Source of the DNA: an uncultured Eubacteriales bacterium
Lineage (GTDB): Bacteria; Bacillota; Clostridia; Oscillospirales; CAG-272
Assembly: GCA_900546635.1 (NCBI GenBank)
Contig: URDS01000005.1
Location: forward strand, 73-64,072
Length of the DNA stretch: 64,000 bases
Reading direction: 5' to 3'
A program made the position numbers and the translations under genes. This document shows, piece by piece, positions 1 through 9,648 of the stretch. The notes beneath the pieces are model-generated. The model ran no database searches and was not told where the DNA came from. It saw nothing but the letters and a program-made list of their open reading frames with translations. How positions within the stretch are numbered: position 1 is the stretch's first letter; each line of letters starts with the position of its first letter.

Positions 1-3
1 GAT

Positions 4-33
4 AAAAACCGCGTGACAAGCACGCGGTTTTTA
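4..33 (-). terminator. Rho-independent terminator downstream of the GH2 gene (bidirectional shape)
   Basis: 8-bp stem ACCGCGTG/CACGCGGT with an A-run on one side and a T-run on the other, just 3' of the stop at 44. Confidence 0.6.
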
Positions 34-43
34 TCATAAACGA

Positions 44-1744
44 TCAGTCTTCAATTACGGCTTTTCGGGTATTGATCGCACGGATCACGTCTGCCGGGAA
101 TTTCGGCCGACGGTCATAGGTATAAAGACCGTTGACTTCCTGCTCAACGTCGGTCAGTTGCGTATAGCAGAACGCGCTGATTGCGCTGTTATCCAGGAGC
201 GCGTCCACAAGTCCTTTGTATCTGGCAAGAAACTCCTCTTCGCTCTGCGGCCGATTGCCGTATCCCCAACCGTGCTCCAAATCCTTCGGATTCCACCAAA
301 TGCCGCCGAACTCGCTGATGAACGTCGGACAGCCGCCCTGCGGATAATGCGGGAAACGTACCGCCTCTCCCTTTTCAAGCGGCAAATAATGCGCGCGAAA
401 CACGGCCGGATCCTGCTCATAGTCATGCGCGTCGAGAATATCGGTCAAATCATCCTGATGCGTCCATCCGGAAGCGTCAATATACAATCTGTCGGGGTCG
501 TATGCGCGGGTCATATCGGCAACCATTTTGACAAAATCGCGATTCTGATTCTGCTGTGTCTCATTTAACGGACACCAGCCGATAATCGCCGGATGGTTAT
601 AATCGCGCTGCAGCACCTCCTGCCACTCGGGCAAAAAGCCGCGCCATGCCTCATAACGCGCAATATCCAGCCCCCAGTTTGCATGCTCGCCCCATACGAT
701 GTATCCCATACGGTCGCAATGATACAGAAAACGAGGTTCAAAAACCTTTTGATGCAGGCGCGCGCCGTTGAAGCCCATATCCAGAGAGCGCTGAATGTCG
801 GCAATCAGTTCTTCATCGCTCGGCGCGGTGTAAATCCCGTCCGGATAAAATCCCTGGTCGAGAATCAAGCGCTGATAGACAACTTTTCCGTTGATATACG
901 TTTTGCCGTCTCTCCATTCGACTTTCCGCATGCCAAAATAAGAATAAACCTTATCTCCGTCAAGGTCAAGTTCAAGGTCGTAAAGCTGGCCGTCGCCGAC
1001 GCTCCAAAGATGCAGTTCGGAAAGCTGGATTTCCAGCGCCGCAACTTTTCCGGTTACAATCGTCCGCGCCTCACCGACACATTTTCCGCCAAAGGAAGCT
1101 GTGGCACGCAGCACTTTTCCGTCCGCATGTTCGCAAACCGCCTCGACAAACAAGCTCTGGTTTTCAAGAGACGGACGGTATTTGGTGCGATCTATGTAAT
1201 GATCCGGTACATTTTCGAGCCATACGGTCTGCCAAATGCCGGTCGTCCGCGTATAAGAGCAGCCGATCGAAGCGAATTTACGGCACTGCTTGCCGCCCGG
1301 TTGTCCCTGACTGCGCAAAAGGTCTGTCGCAGAGATGACGATTTTATTCTCTCCGGCATGCAGCGCAGCGGTAATGTCCATCATAAAAGACACATATCCG
1401 CCGATATGCCGGCCGATATACCGGCCGTTTACATAGACCTCTGTCTCAAAATCGCAGGCGCCGATGTTGAGAAGCGTCCGGCGTCCCTCGGCTACCCATG
1501 CATCCGAAAGAGTGACCGTGCGCATATACCATACGCACTCCATAAAGTCCGTATGCGCCAAACCGGACAGCTTGCTTTCCGGGCAAAACGGAACCTGAAT
1601 CGTTTCGGAAAACTGTTCCGACTGCCAAAGCTTTCTTTCCTTGCCGCTCCGGCCATGATCGATTTCAAATTGCCAAGTGCCGTTCAAATTCATCCATTCC
1701 CTGCGTTCCATTTGCGGACGCGGATATTCAGGACGTGGAATCAT
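44..1744 (-). CDS. Glycoside hydrolase family 2 (beta-galactosidase/beta-glucuronidase-like), cytoplasmic
   Basis: ORF 44-1810. Start moved to ATG 1744, which follows GAGGAGAA. N-terminus MIPRPEYPRPQMERREWMNLNGTWQF and the overall layout are typical of GH2. No signal peptide. Confidence 0.8.
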   Translation of the reverse strand: MIPRPEYPRPQMERREWMNLNGTWQFEIDHGRSGKERKLWQSEQFSETIQVPFCPESKLSGLAHTDFMECVWYMRTVTLSDAWVAEGRRTLLNIGACDFETEVYVNGRYIGRHIGGYVSFMMDITAALHAGENKIVISATDLLRSQGQPGGKQCRKFASIGCSYTRTTGIWQTVWLENVPDHYIDRTKYRPSLENQSLFVEAVCEHADGKVLRATASFGGKCVGEARTIVTGKVAALEIQLSELHLWSVGDGQLYDLELDLDGDKVYSYFGMRKVEWRDGKTYINGKVVYQRLILDQGFYPDGIYTAPSDEELIADIQRSLDMGFNGARLHQKVFEPRFLYHCDRMGYIVWGEHANWGLDIARYEAWRGFLPEWQEVLQRDYNHPAIIGWCPLNETQQNQNRDFVKMVADMTRAYDPDRLYIDASGWTHQDDLTDILDAHDYEQDPAVFRAHYLPLEKGEAVRFPHYPQGGCPTFISEFGGIWWNPKDLEHGWGYGNRPQSEEEFLARYKGLVDALLDNSAISAFCYTQLTDVEQEVNGLYTYDRRPKFPADVIRAINTRKAVIED

Positions 1745-2070
1745 AATACTTTCTCCTCTGCAACATTTATTGATAGCAACCGTTTGCAAACGGCTCAAAA
1801 GCTTTCGCAAACAGAATTTATATCTATATTATACAACCGCCGGAAAATTAAGAAAATACAAAAAACTCGCGAGAACTTATATTTTGTATAGTTTTTTACA
1901 CAAAAGAAGCAAAAGTTTTTCAATCTTTCTTTTCATGGAGCGTACAGCAGTCCGGCGATATACGGTTTTCAGATGATTTTCAAAGCGGCAGCCAATGAAG
2001 CGCGCAGAAAACGCAGTACACAAAGTCTCGGCGAACAGGAGGCGTTCGGAATGCGGACGCTTGCGGTATT

Positions 2071-3087
2071 TTACAGCATTTCCTCGATGGTATAGGCGCG
2101 GGTATAAGCGCGGCCGCCGTTTTGGTCGATCAGGGTAACGCGCACATATTTATCTATCGGTTCCATTTTGTACGTCCCCTCTGTGACGCGGTTGCCTTTT
2201 CCCTCGCATATACGGCTGCATCTGCGGATGCCGGTTGTGAAAATAATGCTTTCACAAGGTTCGGCCTCTACATGCAGCACGCCGTCCTCGCACCAAAGCG
2301 CCTTCAACAGCGGGCCGGTTGATGCATAATACTGCTTTTCGCGAAGCGCCTTTGCAAACGCTTCATAGCTGATCGATTTTGCCCGGAGCATCGTAAATGC
2401 GACAAAACTATCGCTGAGCGGATGGCCGATAGGCTTGCCGTTATGGTTATCGTCGCTTCCGGTTACGGCAATCAATTTCCCCTGGCGAAGCAAGTCGTCA
2501 TAGGCATGGGCGTTGTTTTCGTCGTAACCCGCCGCGAGGCAACCGCCGTTGAAAATCTCCAGCGCGTCCATCCCCTCGTATGCACCGTATTCATTTAAGG
2601 TTTCAAGCGACCATGTCGGGTGGTTATAGGAGACAAAAAAGCCTGCTTCTTTCGCTCTCCGAATCATATCGTTGACGCCCTGCGGCGTATAACTGCGCAC
2701 ATAATCCTCCGCATCGCCGAAAACCATTTCATCAAAATGAGAGGCCGCATTTCCGATCATATAATTGCGCCTGTGCAGACACACCTGCGTCAGGTTGTTT
2801 TTGTCCAGTGCGATAAAACAGAGATGACAGGTTTTTCTGAGTCGGAACGGGGTATCCGGCTGACTTGCTTCCACTTCGTAACCATGGAGCGGAACAAATT
2901 CATCGTCAGCCAATTCATCGTGTGCGACAAAAATATCATGATCGGTAAAAGCCACGGCGGCATACCCTGCTTTTTTATATACTTCTTTGATTTCGGCGGG
3001 CGAAAGCTTTCCGTCGGAATACGTCGTATGACAGTGCAGATTGGTTTTATAAAATCTACCGTCCTCTGCAAAAAGATATTTTTTCAT
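2071..3087 (-). CDS. PHP-domain metal-dependent phosphoesterase
   Basis: N-terminal LHCHTTYSDG and AFTDHD motifs of the PHP superfamily. AAGGGA RBS upstream of the ATG. Confidence 0.7.
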   Translation of the reverse strand: MKKYLFAEDGRFYKTNLHCHTTYSDGKLSPAEIKEVYKKAGYAAVAFTDHDIFVAHDELADDEFVPLHGYEVEASQPDTPFRLRKTCHLCFIALDKNNLTQVCLHRRNYMIGNAASHFDEMVFGDAEDYVRSYTPQGVNDMIRRAKEAGFFVSYNHPTWSLETLNEYGAYEGMDALEIFNGGCLAAGYDENNAHAYDDLLRQGKLIAVTGSDDNHNGKPIGHPLSDSFVAFTMLRAKSISYEAFAKALREKQYYASTGPLLKALWCEDGVLHVEAEPCESIIFTTGIRRCSRICEGKGNRVTEGTYKMEPIDKYVRVTLIDQNGGRAYTRAYTIEEML

Positions 3088-3369
3088 GGCTTGTTTCCCT
3101 TTCTGAATGAATTTTCGCTGCGATGTTCAAGCATATCTCACTTGATATCAAGCATAACACGCACACATTTAAATGTCAAGGCGCGAAGCGGCGAAATCGT
3201 TTATCTGATTTCGCGCAAGAATTGCAGTTCAACTGCTTTGAAAAAAATCTTTATATTCTGCAAGAACTTTAAAAAAACGCTTGATTTTTTCTATTCTTTC
3301 GTGCATATTTAAATAGGAAAAGAAAATATTTCCGCTGTTCTTTACAAAAAGCGTGTAACGGAGGGACTC

Positions 3370-5631
3370 ATGAAAAGAAAACGATTCTGGCTGCCATTCG
3401 CTGTTTTTCTCTGCTTTTTCTGTCTGTCGGTCTGCGGTTTGGAAACCGTGCTGTACGAAAATGACTTTTCAAGCGCGGACTTGTCCGCTTTTGCGCAAAG
3501 GGGCGGCTTTACGGTGAAAGACGGAAAGCTGTATACGACAAGCGGCAACGGTCCGTCCGCATTTTTATCTTACACATTTCCCGCATCGGCACAGGGAAAG
3601 GATTACAGGGTCGATGTGGACTATATCGGTCACACCGGCATGGGCGGCATCTTAATCGGCGCGACCGGCAAAAAGCTGACAGCCGTGCCCGCATACTTTT
3701 CAGGTTATACCTGCACGACAACCACAGACGGCCAACATACATATATTGCGTATTTCAACGAGACAGGCTGGGGCGGCAACTTTGCGCCCGGCACGAACAA
3801 AATTGAATTTTCGGATATTCATTTGTCGGTTACCGTACAAAAAGGCGTGATGACCTTTCGCACCACCTCGCTTGACCGTAAAACCGAAATTCAAACTTTC
3901 CGCTATGAAATCGGCGATCATGAAAAAGACCTGTACGATACCTTTCTTTCGACGGTCGGTCTGCGAAAATATTATAATGACAGCGGCTGCTTTGATAATT
4001 TTGTAATTACGATTTTGGAAGATGACAAACTGCCCATCATGACCGAACACTTAAAGTGCGGCGATACAGATTTTTCATCGAGCGGACTTGCGGCAGACGG
4101 CGGGCTTTTGACCGGCAGCGGCGCCGCGCTTTCCGAATCGAAGCTGAGCGGGAACTACCGTCTGACCTGCGCGGTTGCAAGCAATGACATAACACGGCTG
4201 TATTTCGGAATGAAGGATGAAAAAAACGGTTACGCATTTGAGTTGAATGAAGCGGAAAAAGCCGTTTTTCTGTACAGCATCCGCGACGGCGTGTATACCT
4301 GCCTCGGCGAAAAGGAAACCAGATTGCGGAATCGTTTTTGCGACCTCACGCTTGACGTGACAGACGGTGTTGTCGCGCTTTATTATGACAATCTCCACGA
4401 GGGCGCGGCGGCTTTTCCGAAGTTTGAATTTCCGATTGCGGATGCGGACGGCAAATTTGGCTTTTGGCTGTCGGGCGGACAAATCGCAGAACTTACGCTC
4501 GGCGACGGAGCGAACATAAAGCGGGATGAAACCTATCTGAATCCGGTCTGCCCCGGCGCCGACCCGGATATGCTCTATTATGACGGCACCTATTATCTCT
4601 ATGTTTACGCAGGCAACGACGGCACCAATATTTTCCGTGTCTACACCTCACCCGACCTTGTGCATTTTACGCCGCGCAATATCGTTTTCAAATGGGACCA
4701 TGAACAATATGCCAATGTGAACGGCAAGTCCGCATGGAGCCCGAACGTCTTTTATTATGACGGTTTGTTCTATCTGTTCTTTGCCGCAAATCCTGCCGGA
4801 GACGACTCGGTACGCCACGTTTATTACGCCACCTCGGATTCGCCTTACGGTCCGTTCAAGCATGACGGTCCGCTGGTCGCTGTCAATCCGGATGTAAATG
4901 AGATCGACGGACATCCGTTCCTTGACGATGACGGACGCATTTATATGTCCTTTTCACGCTATGACCTGGGTGGCACAATCTGGCTTGAGGAGGTCAAAAT
5001 GAAGGACGGCGTGGTCACCGCGCTACCGGAAACAGCAACGCGTGTGATTATTTCCGACCGCGAATGGGACAACGACGGTGCAACACGTCTGTGCGAAGGC
5101 GGTTTCGTTTTCAAGCACAACGGCCTTTACTATATGATTTACGCGACAGTCAGCTATGCGCGTCATTACGGCGAGGCTTTCGCCGTGGCGGAACATCCGC
5201 TCGGTCCCTATAAAAAATATGACTACAATCCGTTTCTGATACACAACTATACGCTGGACGGACCGGGCGACGCGCTTGTGATACCGTCTCCCGACAAAAC
5301 CGAACTCTATCTGGTCTATCACCGGCATTTTGCCGTCGGCACGGTGCATCCGCGTCAAACCTGTGTGGATCTTATCAAATTTGTGCCCGACCCGGACGGC
5401 GGACCGGATATTTTGACGGTACGCGGACCGTCATCCACACCGCAGCCGCTGCCCTCAAACAGCGGACGTTATGACGTTAACCGCGACGGGCGCGTCACCC
5501 TTGCCGACGCGCTGAAAGCCCTGCGCGTCTGGGTTGCCGGCGGGACATACAGCGGTATTTACGATACGGATGCAAACGGTTCTGTCGGACTGAATGACGT
5601 GGTTTGTATCTTGAAAAATTTATTGAATTGA
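3370..5631 (+). CDS. Secreted multidomain GH43 glycoside hydrolase with C-terminal dockerin
   Basis: Signal peptide MKRKRFWLPFAVFLCFFCLSVCG. Two N-terminal beta-sandwich-like modules. GH43-type propeller motifs (DPDMLYYDGTYYLYVY, WSPNVFYYDGLFYLFF, DGHPFLDDDGRIYM, CEGGFVFKHNGLYYMIY). Two dockerin Ca-loops, DVNRDGRVTLAD and DTDANGSVGLND. GGAGGG RBS. Confidence 0.8.
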   Translation: MKRKRFWLPFAVFLCFFCLSVCGLETVLYENDFSSADLSAFAQRGGFTVKDGKLYTTSGNGPSAFLSYTFPASAQGKDYRVDVDYIGHTGMGGILIGATGKKLTAVPAYFSGYTCTTTTDGQHTYIAYFNETGWGGNFAPGTNKIEFSDIHLSVTVQKGVMTFRTTSLDRKTEIQTFRYEIGDHEKDLYDTFLSTVGLRKYYNDSGCFDNFVITILEDDKLPIMTEHLKCGDTDFSSSGLAADGGLLTGSGAALSESKLSGNYRLTCAVASNDITRLYFGMKDEKNGYAFELNEAEKAVFLYSIRDGVYTCLGEKETRLRNRFCDLTLDVTDGVVALYYDNLHEGAAAFPKFEFPIADADGKFGFWLSGGQIAELTLGDGANIKRDETYLNPVCPGADPDMLYYDGTYYLYVYAGNDGTNIFRVYTSPDLVHFTPRNIVFKWDHEQYANVNGKSAWSPNVFYYDGLFYLFFAANPAGDDSVRHVYYATSDSPYGPFKHDGPLVAVNPDVNEIDGHPFLDDDGRIYMSFSRYDLGGTIWLEEVKMKDGVVTALPETATRVIISDREWDNDGATRLCEGGFVFKHNGLYYMIYATVSYARHYGEAFAVAEHPLGPYKKYDYNPFLIHNYTLDGPGDALVIPSPDKTELYLVYHRHFAVGTVHPRQTCVDLIKFVPDPDGGPDILTVRGPSSTPQPLPSNSGRYDVNRDGRVTLADALKALRVWVAGGTYSGIYDTDANGSVGLNDVVCILKNLLN

Positions 5632-5787
5632 CAACTGCCGACTGCAAAAGGCAAAACAAAAATCAAAAATTTGCATTATCTGCAAAATGGTCGCTTTCGG
5701 CGCAATCAGCACAGGTATTTTTGAAGCATTACATAACAAAAAATGCTTTTTGCGCTTGCCCGTGACCCATAAGCCCTTGCGATAAAC

Positions 5788-5835
5788 AAAAGGTAGACAA
5801 TATGGTAAGTTTCCATATGTCTACCTTTCTCTTCC
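5788..5835 (+). terminator. Hairpin, possible terminator of the GH43 gene
   Basis: Stem aggtagacaatatgg / ccatatgtctacct (one bulge) followed by ttctcttcc. It lies about 160 nt after the stop. Confidence 0.4.
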
Positions 5836-5867
5836 CCCTGCACTCAGCGGATAGCTCCCGTTATACG

Positions 5868-5898
5868 AAAAAGCAGCCGCGCACAGGCGGCTGCCTTC
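5868..5898 (-). terminator. tsf terminator copy that retains the U-tract (left copy of the 26-bp duplication)
   Basis: On the minus strand this reads gaaggcagccgc-ctgtgc-gcggctgc followed by TTTTT. Confidence 0.6.
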
Positions 5899-6062
5899 TG
5901 ACCGTCGAAAAACGAAGGTTTTCCGACGATGAGGCGCGTTCGCTCGCGCCGTCGCGCCGCCCTTGGCGGCACTCGCACGCCTGTAAGGTGTTTACAAGGC
6001 GGCACAGGTCCGCCTTGTAAACGTATTTGATTTGCGATTTTCACTTCTTTGACAGACTGAAG
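5899..6062 (+). mobile_element. MITE-like structured repeat, copy A (164 bp)
   Basis: Flanked by 26-bp direct repeats at 5873-5898 and 6063-6088 (25/26 identical). The 124-nt core 5903-6026 matches the reverse complement of 9687-9810 at 116/124 positions with no gaps (hand count). The first 12 nt recur at 63989-64000. No credible ORF. Confidence 0.75.
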
Positions 6063-6151
6063 GCAGCCGCACACAGGCGGCTGCCTTCACTTTCTATCAA
6101 ACGTTTTGTTGTCCTTTTTACAAGCTACCCGGCTTTGGCTTTTATTCGCTT

Positions 6152-7078
6152 TCAGCCATTCACCATTTTATTGATCTCTTCGGCAAAGTTTTCTTCGCGC
6201 TTCTGAATGCCCTCGCCTTTTTCAAAGCGATAGAAAGCCGTAACCGCGATCTTGCCGCCGAACTCTTTGGCGGAAGCTTCAACATACTTCTTTACGCTCA
6301 TGGAATCTTCCTTGACATAAGCCTGCTCTAAAAGGCAATTTGCTTCATAAAACTTTCCGATTCTGCCGTCAACCATCTTTTCCTTAATTTGTTCCGGCTT
6401 CTTCGCGCTCTTTTCATCATTGTTGATCTGAGACATGATGATTTCACGCTCTTCAGCGATTCTGGATGCCGGAACAGCCTCGATGTTGAGATACTCAACC
6501 GGGTATGCCGCAGCCTGCAATGCAATATTCTTCGCAAATTCCGCAAAGCCGGCATTGTTCTTTGCCGCATCATCCGCGTCAAATTTCACAACAACGCCGA
6601 TCGAACCGCCGCCGTGGATATAAGAACTGGTCACGCCCTCCACAACAACGAAACGGCGAATGTCCATCTTCTCGCCGATGGTAAAGATCATTTCTTTGAT
6701 CTTATCCTCAACCGTAATATCCGCATCTGCAAATTTACAAGCCTTCAAAGCCGCTACATCGGCAGGTCTCTGCGCGATGATCGTCTTGAGAATGCCGCGG
6801 ACAAATTCACGGAACGACTCGTTTTTCGCAACGAAATCAGTTTCGGAATTTACCTCAATCATAGCGGAAACATTGTCCTCGGTCAAAATATCAACGATGC
6901 CCTCGGCGGCGATTCTGTCCGCCTTTTTAGCGGCGACCGCCAGTCCTCTTTCACGGAGAACTTTAATCGCCTCGTCCATATTCCCGTCCGCTTCGACAAG
7001 CGCATTTTTGCACTCCATCATGCCGCAGCCGGTCTTTTTTCTAAGCTCGGCAACGTCTTTTGCACTGATTGCAGCCAT
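6152..7078 (-). CDS. tsf: Translation elongation factor Ts
   Basis: MAAISAKDVAELRKKTGCGMMECKNAL N-terminus and an EF-Ts core. ATG 7078 follows GAGGGA. The ORF-track upstream extension is Arg-rich read-through. Confidence 0.95.
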   Translation of the reverse strand: MAAISAKDVAELRKKTGCGMMECKNALVEADGNMDEAIKVLRERGLAVAAKKADRIAAEGIVDILTEDNVSAMIEVNSETDFVAKNESFREFVRGILKTIIAQRPADVAALKACKFADADITVEDKIKEMIFTIGEKMDIRRFVVVEGVTSSYIHGGGSIGVVVKFDADDAAKNNAGFAEFAKNIALQAAAYPVEYLNIEAVPASRIAEEREIIMSQINNDEKSAKKPEQIKEKMVDGRIGKFYEANCLLEQAYVKEDSMSVKKYVEASAKEFGGKIAVTAFYRFEKGEGIQKREENFAEEINKMVNG

Positions 7079-7136
7079 AGTATATCCCTCGGATCCGCTC
7101 GGATCCTTTTCCTTTCCTCGATTTATTTCTTGTTTC

Positions 7137-7916
7137 TTACGCCTGAGCGGTCTCCGCAGCTTCAGCCGTCTGAGCCGCATCCTCTGCGGGCGCCTCCTGC
7201 GCCTCGCCGGCCTCGGTTTCGGGGGCAAACGCTTCGCCCTGTCTTCCCTCGATCACAGCGTCCGCCAAAACGGAAGAAATCAGCTTAATTGCACGGATCG
7301 CGTCATCGTTACCGGGGATAATATAATCCGCATCGTCCGGATCGCAGTTTGTATCGACAATCGCAACCACCGGAATGCCCAGTTTCTTCGCTTCAAGAAC
7401 AGCGATCTTCTCTTTTCTCGGGTCAACAATAAATACCGCATCCGGCAGTTTCTCCATAGTCTTGATACCGCCGTAATTCTTCTCCAGATTGAAAATCTCT
7501 TTCTGAAGCGCAGCAACCTCTTTCTTCGGAAGCAGATCGAACGTGCCGTCCGCCTGCATTTTTTCAAGGCTGTTCAAACGGCTGATGCTCTTACGGATGG
7601 TTTTAAAGTTGGTCAGCATACCGCCCGGCCAGCGGACGTTTACATAGTACATGCCGCAGCGCTCAGCTTCTTCCTTGATGGTGTCAGCCGCCTGCTTCTT
7701 TGTACCGACGAGCAAAATATTGCCGCCGTTTGCAGACAGATCGCGTACAAACATATACGCTTCCTCAAACTTTTTAACGGTTTTCTGCAAATCAATGATA
7801 TAGATCCCGTTTCTCTCGGTGAAGATGTACTCCGCCATTTTCGGGTTCCATCTTCTGGTGTGGTGTCCGAAATGAACACCGGCTTCAAGCAACTGCTTGA
7901 TCGTAATAACAGACAT
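7137..7916 (-). CDS. rpsB: 30S ribosomal protein S2 (with an Ala/Glu-rich C-terminal tail)
   Basis: [30 protein letters not shown] 7916 follows GGAGGAG. Confidence 0.95.
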   Translation of the reverse strand: MSVITIKQLLEAGVHFGHHTRRWNPKMAEYIFTERNGIYIIDLQKTVKKFEEAYMFVRDLSANGGNILLVGTKKQAADTIKEEAERCGMYYVNVRWPGGMLTNFKTIRKSISRLNSLEKMQADGTFDLLPKKEVAALQKEIFNLEKNYGGIKTMEKLPDAVFIVDPRKEKIAVLEAKKLGIPVVAIVDTNCDPDDADYIIPGNDDAIRAIKLISSVLADAVIEGRQGEAFAPETEAGEAQEAPAEDAAQTAEAAETAQA

Positions 7917-8028
7917 AAGTCTCCTCCGGTTTTTCCACCATATGAGCTGCTGCCGCCAACCTTTCGGCACCGGGCGGCTCTATGCCCCTATGTGTGTATT
8001 AAATTTTCTGCTTATTGCAGACTTAAAT

Positions 8029-8057
8029 ATTTTACCATCTATATATGCTGTTTTCAA
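8029..8057 (-). promoter_or_regulatory. Candidate sigma-A promoter of rpsB-tsf
   Basis: Minus strand: TTGAAA, 17 nt, TAAAAT, about 110 nt upstream of the rpsB start. Confidence 0.4.
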
Positions 8058-8114
8058 GACCTTTTTAAAAATTTACAAAAATTTTACACTTATTGTATCA
8101 TATTCATGGAACCT

Positions 8115-8411
8115 TCATTCAAAAAAGCTGCGCTTTTTCCTCTTTTTTTCCTCCTTGCAGGGACATCGGCACTCATCAATCACAATGTCCACCAAAATCA
8201 CATCTTCCCCGAAGCGAACAATTTTACACCAAGGGATAACCAACTCTTCCCCTTTTGAAAAGCCGGGCAGCGAGCAGTCGCCGACCACCAGCGCTACAAT
8301 TTTCCCCTCGCACACTTCAAATTGAATATCCGTCACAAACCCAAGATTGCTTCCGTCCCGAATATTGATCACGTCTTTTTGTCCCAGATTGCTTGTCGAA
8401 CACCGTTCCAT
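8115..8411 (-). CDS. ylmC: YlmC/YmxH-family sporulation protein (PRC-barrel)
   Basis: 98 aa. The motif KDVINIRDGSNLGFVTDIQFE...GKIVALVV is characteristic of YlmC/YmxH. GGAGGGAGG RBS. Confidence 0.8.
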   Translation of the reverse strand: MERCSTSNLGQKDVINIRDGSNLGFVTDIQFEVCEGKIVALVVGDCSLPGFSKGEELVIPWCKIVRFGEDVILVDIVIDECRCPCKEEKKRKKRSFFE

Positions 8412-8507
8412 ATCGCGCCTCCCTCTGTATTTCCTATTGCTAATGATATGTTTTTATGGTAAACTACATGCAAAAGACGAAATCACTTACTGTTAAAATA
8501 CTGCGGG

Positions 8508-9356
8508 GTGATCCTTTTGCGTGAATTTATTACACCGGATTTTGTAAAAAACGCGCTTCCGAAACGAAAACGACAGTCAAACAAATCTACCTACGGCCGT
8601 GTACTGCTCGTCTGCGGAAGCGATTGTATGCGCGGAGCCGCCGCACTGGCTGCGCGCGGCGCGCTTCGAATGGGCGCCGGACTTGTAACCGTCGCATCCT
8701 CGAAAGCCGTGATCGACACGCTCTCTGTTTCCCTCTGCGAACCGATTTATTTAGACACGGAAACCGACAATCTTTTTCAAGCGGCAGAGCGAATGCAGGC
8801 CATCGGCCTCGGATGCGGTCTCGGCCGCACAGAAAAGACGGCCGCATGGACGATCGAATTTTTATCCTCTGCCGGCGCCCCGCTGATTCTGGATGCCGAC
8901 GGTATCAACGTACTGAGCGGACAGGCAGCGTTTCTGAAAGCGGCGAAGCGTCCGGTTTTGCTCACGCCGCATCCCTTAGAATTTTCCCGGCTGACAGGGC
9001 TCCCGATAGAGGCCATTCAATCTGACCGCGAAAACACTGCGAAACGGTTTGCCGCCCAATACGGCGTCACACTTTTGCTCAAAGGCGCGGACACCGTGGT
9101 CACGGACGGAGAAACCGTATATGTCAATCCTACCGGTTCAAGCGCGCTTGCCAAGGGCGGAAGCGGAGACACGCTTTTGGGTATGATCTGCGCGTTTGCA
9201 GCGCAGGGCGCGTCGCTTTTAAATGCGGCGGCTATTGCGGCCTATCTGCACGGACTGGCAGGCGAGCGCCTTTCCAAAATCTATTCGGAATACGGCGTAC
9301 TGCCAAGCGATCTCCCCGAAAAAGCCGCGCAAATTCTGGCCGAATGGGGATTCTAA
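8508..9356 (+). CDS. nnrD: ADP-dependent NAD(P)H-hydrate dehydratase (YjeF C-terminal type, no epimerase domain)
   Basis: Motifs STYGRVLLVCGS, AALAARGALRMGAGLVTV and a C-terminal GGSGDTLLGMI. The start codon is uncertain (GTG 8508 or TTG 8517). Confidence 0.8.
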   Translation: MILLREFITPDFVKNALPKRKRQSNKSTYGRVLLVCGSDCMRGAAALAARGALRMGAGLVTVASSKAVIDTLSVSLCEPIYLDTETDNLFQAAERMQAIGLGCGLGRTEKTAAWTIEFLSSAGAPLILDADGINVLSGQAAFLKAAKRPVLLTPHPLEFSRLTGLPIEAIQSDRENTAKRFAAQYGVTLLLKGADTVVTDGETVYVNPTGSSALAKGGSGDTLLGMICAFAAQGASLLNAAAIAAYLHGLAGERLSKIYSEYGVLPSDLPEKAAQILAEWGF

Positions 9357-9615
9357 AGTATAAAAACCGCACAGCCATTTTCAAATTTTACATCTTTATG
9401 GATATAAAAGCAGGAAAGCAATTGTTTTTTGTCAATCTGTAATACAATAAAATTTGCGAATGAAAATAAATGTATGGTTGCAGGACAGACATACATCGTT
9501 TTGCAAATCTTCTGCGAGCAGTTCCCCAAAGTGCACCGGCGCCGATACGCAAGTATCGCGAAAGGACGGCGAAGCGCGCATATACAATCCGCTCATTGAA
9601 AAAATATTTTTTCAT

Positions 9616-9648
9616 AAATTTAAAACAGGGAAGCTACCGCTTCCCTGT
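9616..9648 (-). terminator. rpsU terminator copy that retains the U-tract (left copy of the 26-bp duplication)
   Basis: On the minus strand this reads acagggaagc-ggta-gcttccctgt followed by TTTTAAATTT. Confidence 0.6.

Noticed and set aside
5844-6074. A peptide that appears conserved between repeat copies (IRLQGG..PPCKHLTGVRVP..AARRRERTR.IVGKP.FFD; also ORF 9672-9911).
   Set aside because: The shared translation just reflects 116/124 nucleotide identity. The two ORFs have different starts (one lies outside the element), neither has an RBS, and nearly all nucleotide differences change the amino acid. The element is better read as non-coding and structured.
7079-7228. Arg-rich N-terminal extensions in the ORF track for tsf, and similar upstream extensions for rpsB, rpsU, leuS, yqeK, yhbY, rpmI, infC, potA, mnmM and the SGNH gene.
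   Set aside because: In each case an internal start codon with a proper Shine-Dalgarno sequence matches the conserved N-terminus of the family. The extensions run into the upstream gene or intergenic DNA.
6660-8258. A 532-aa plus-strand ORF spanning tsf, rpsB and their intergenic regions.
   Set aside because: It runs antisense through two ribosomal-operon genes and across their promoter region. The product is Ser/Phe/Leu-rich junk.
9388-9615. A 75-aa minus-strand ORF in the 266-bp gap between nnrD and repeat copy B.
   Set aside because: It has no RBS and would start inside the rpsU terminator U-tract. The product is hydrophobic/basic with no motif. The gap stays unassigned.
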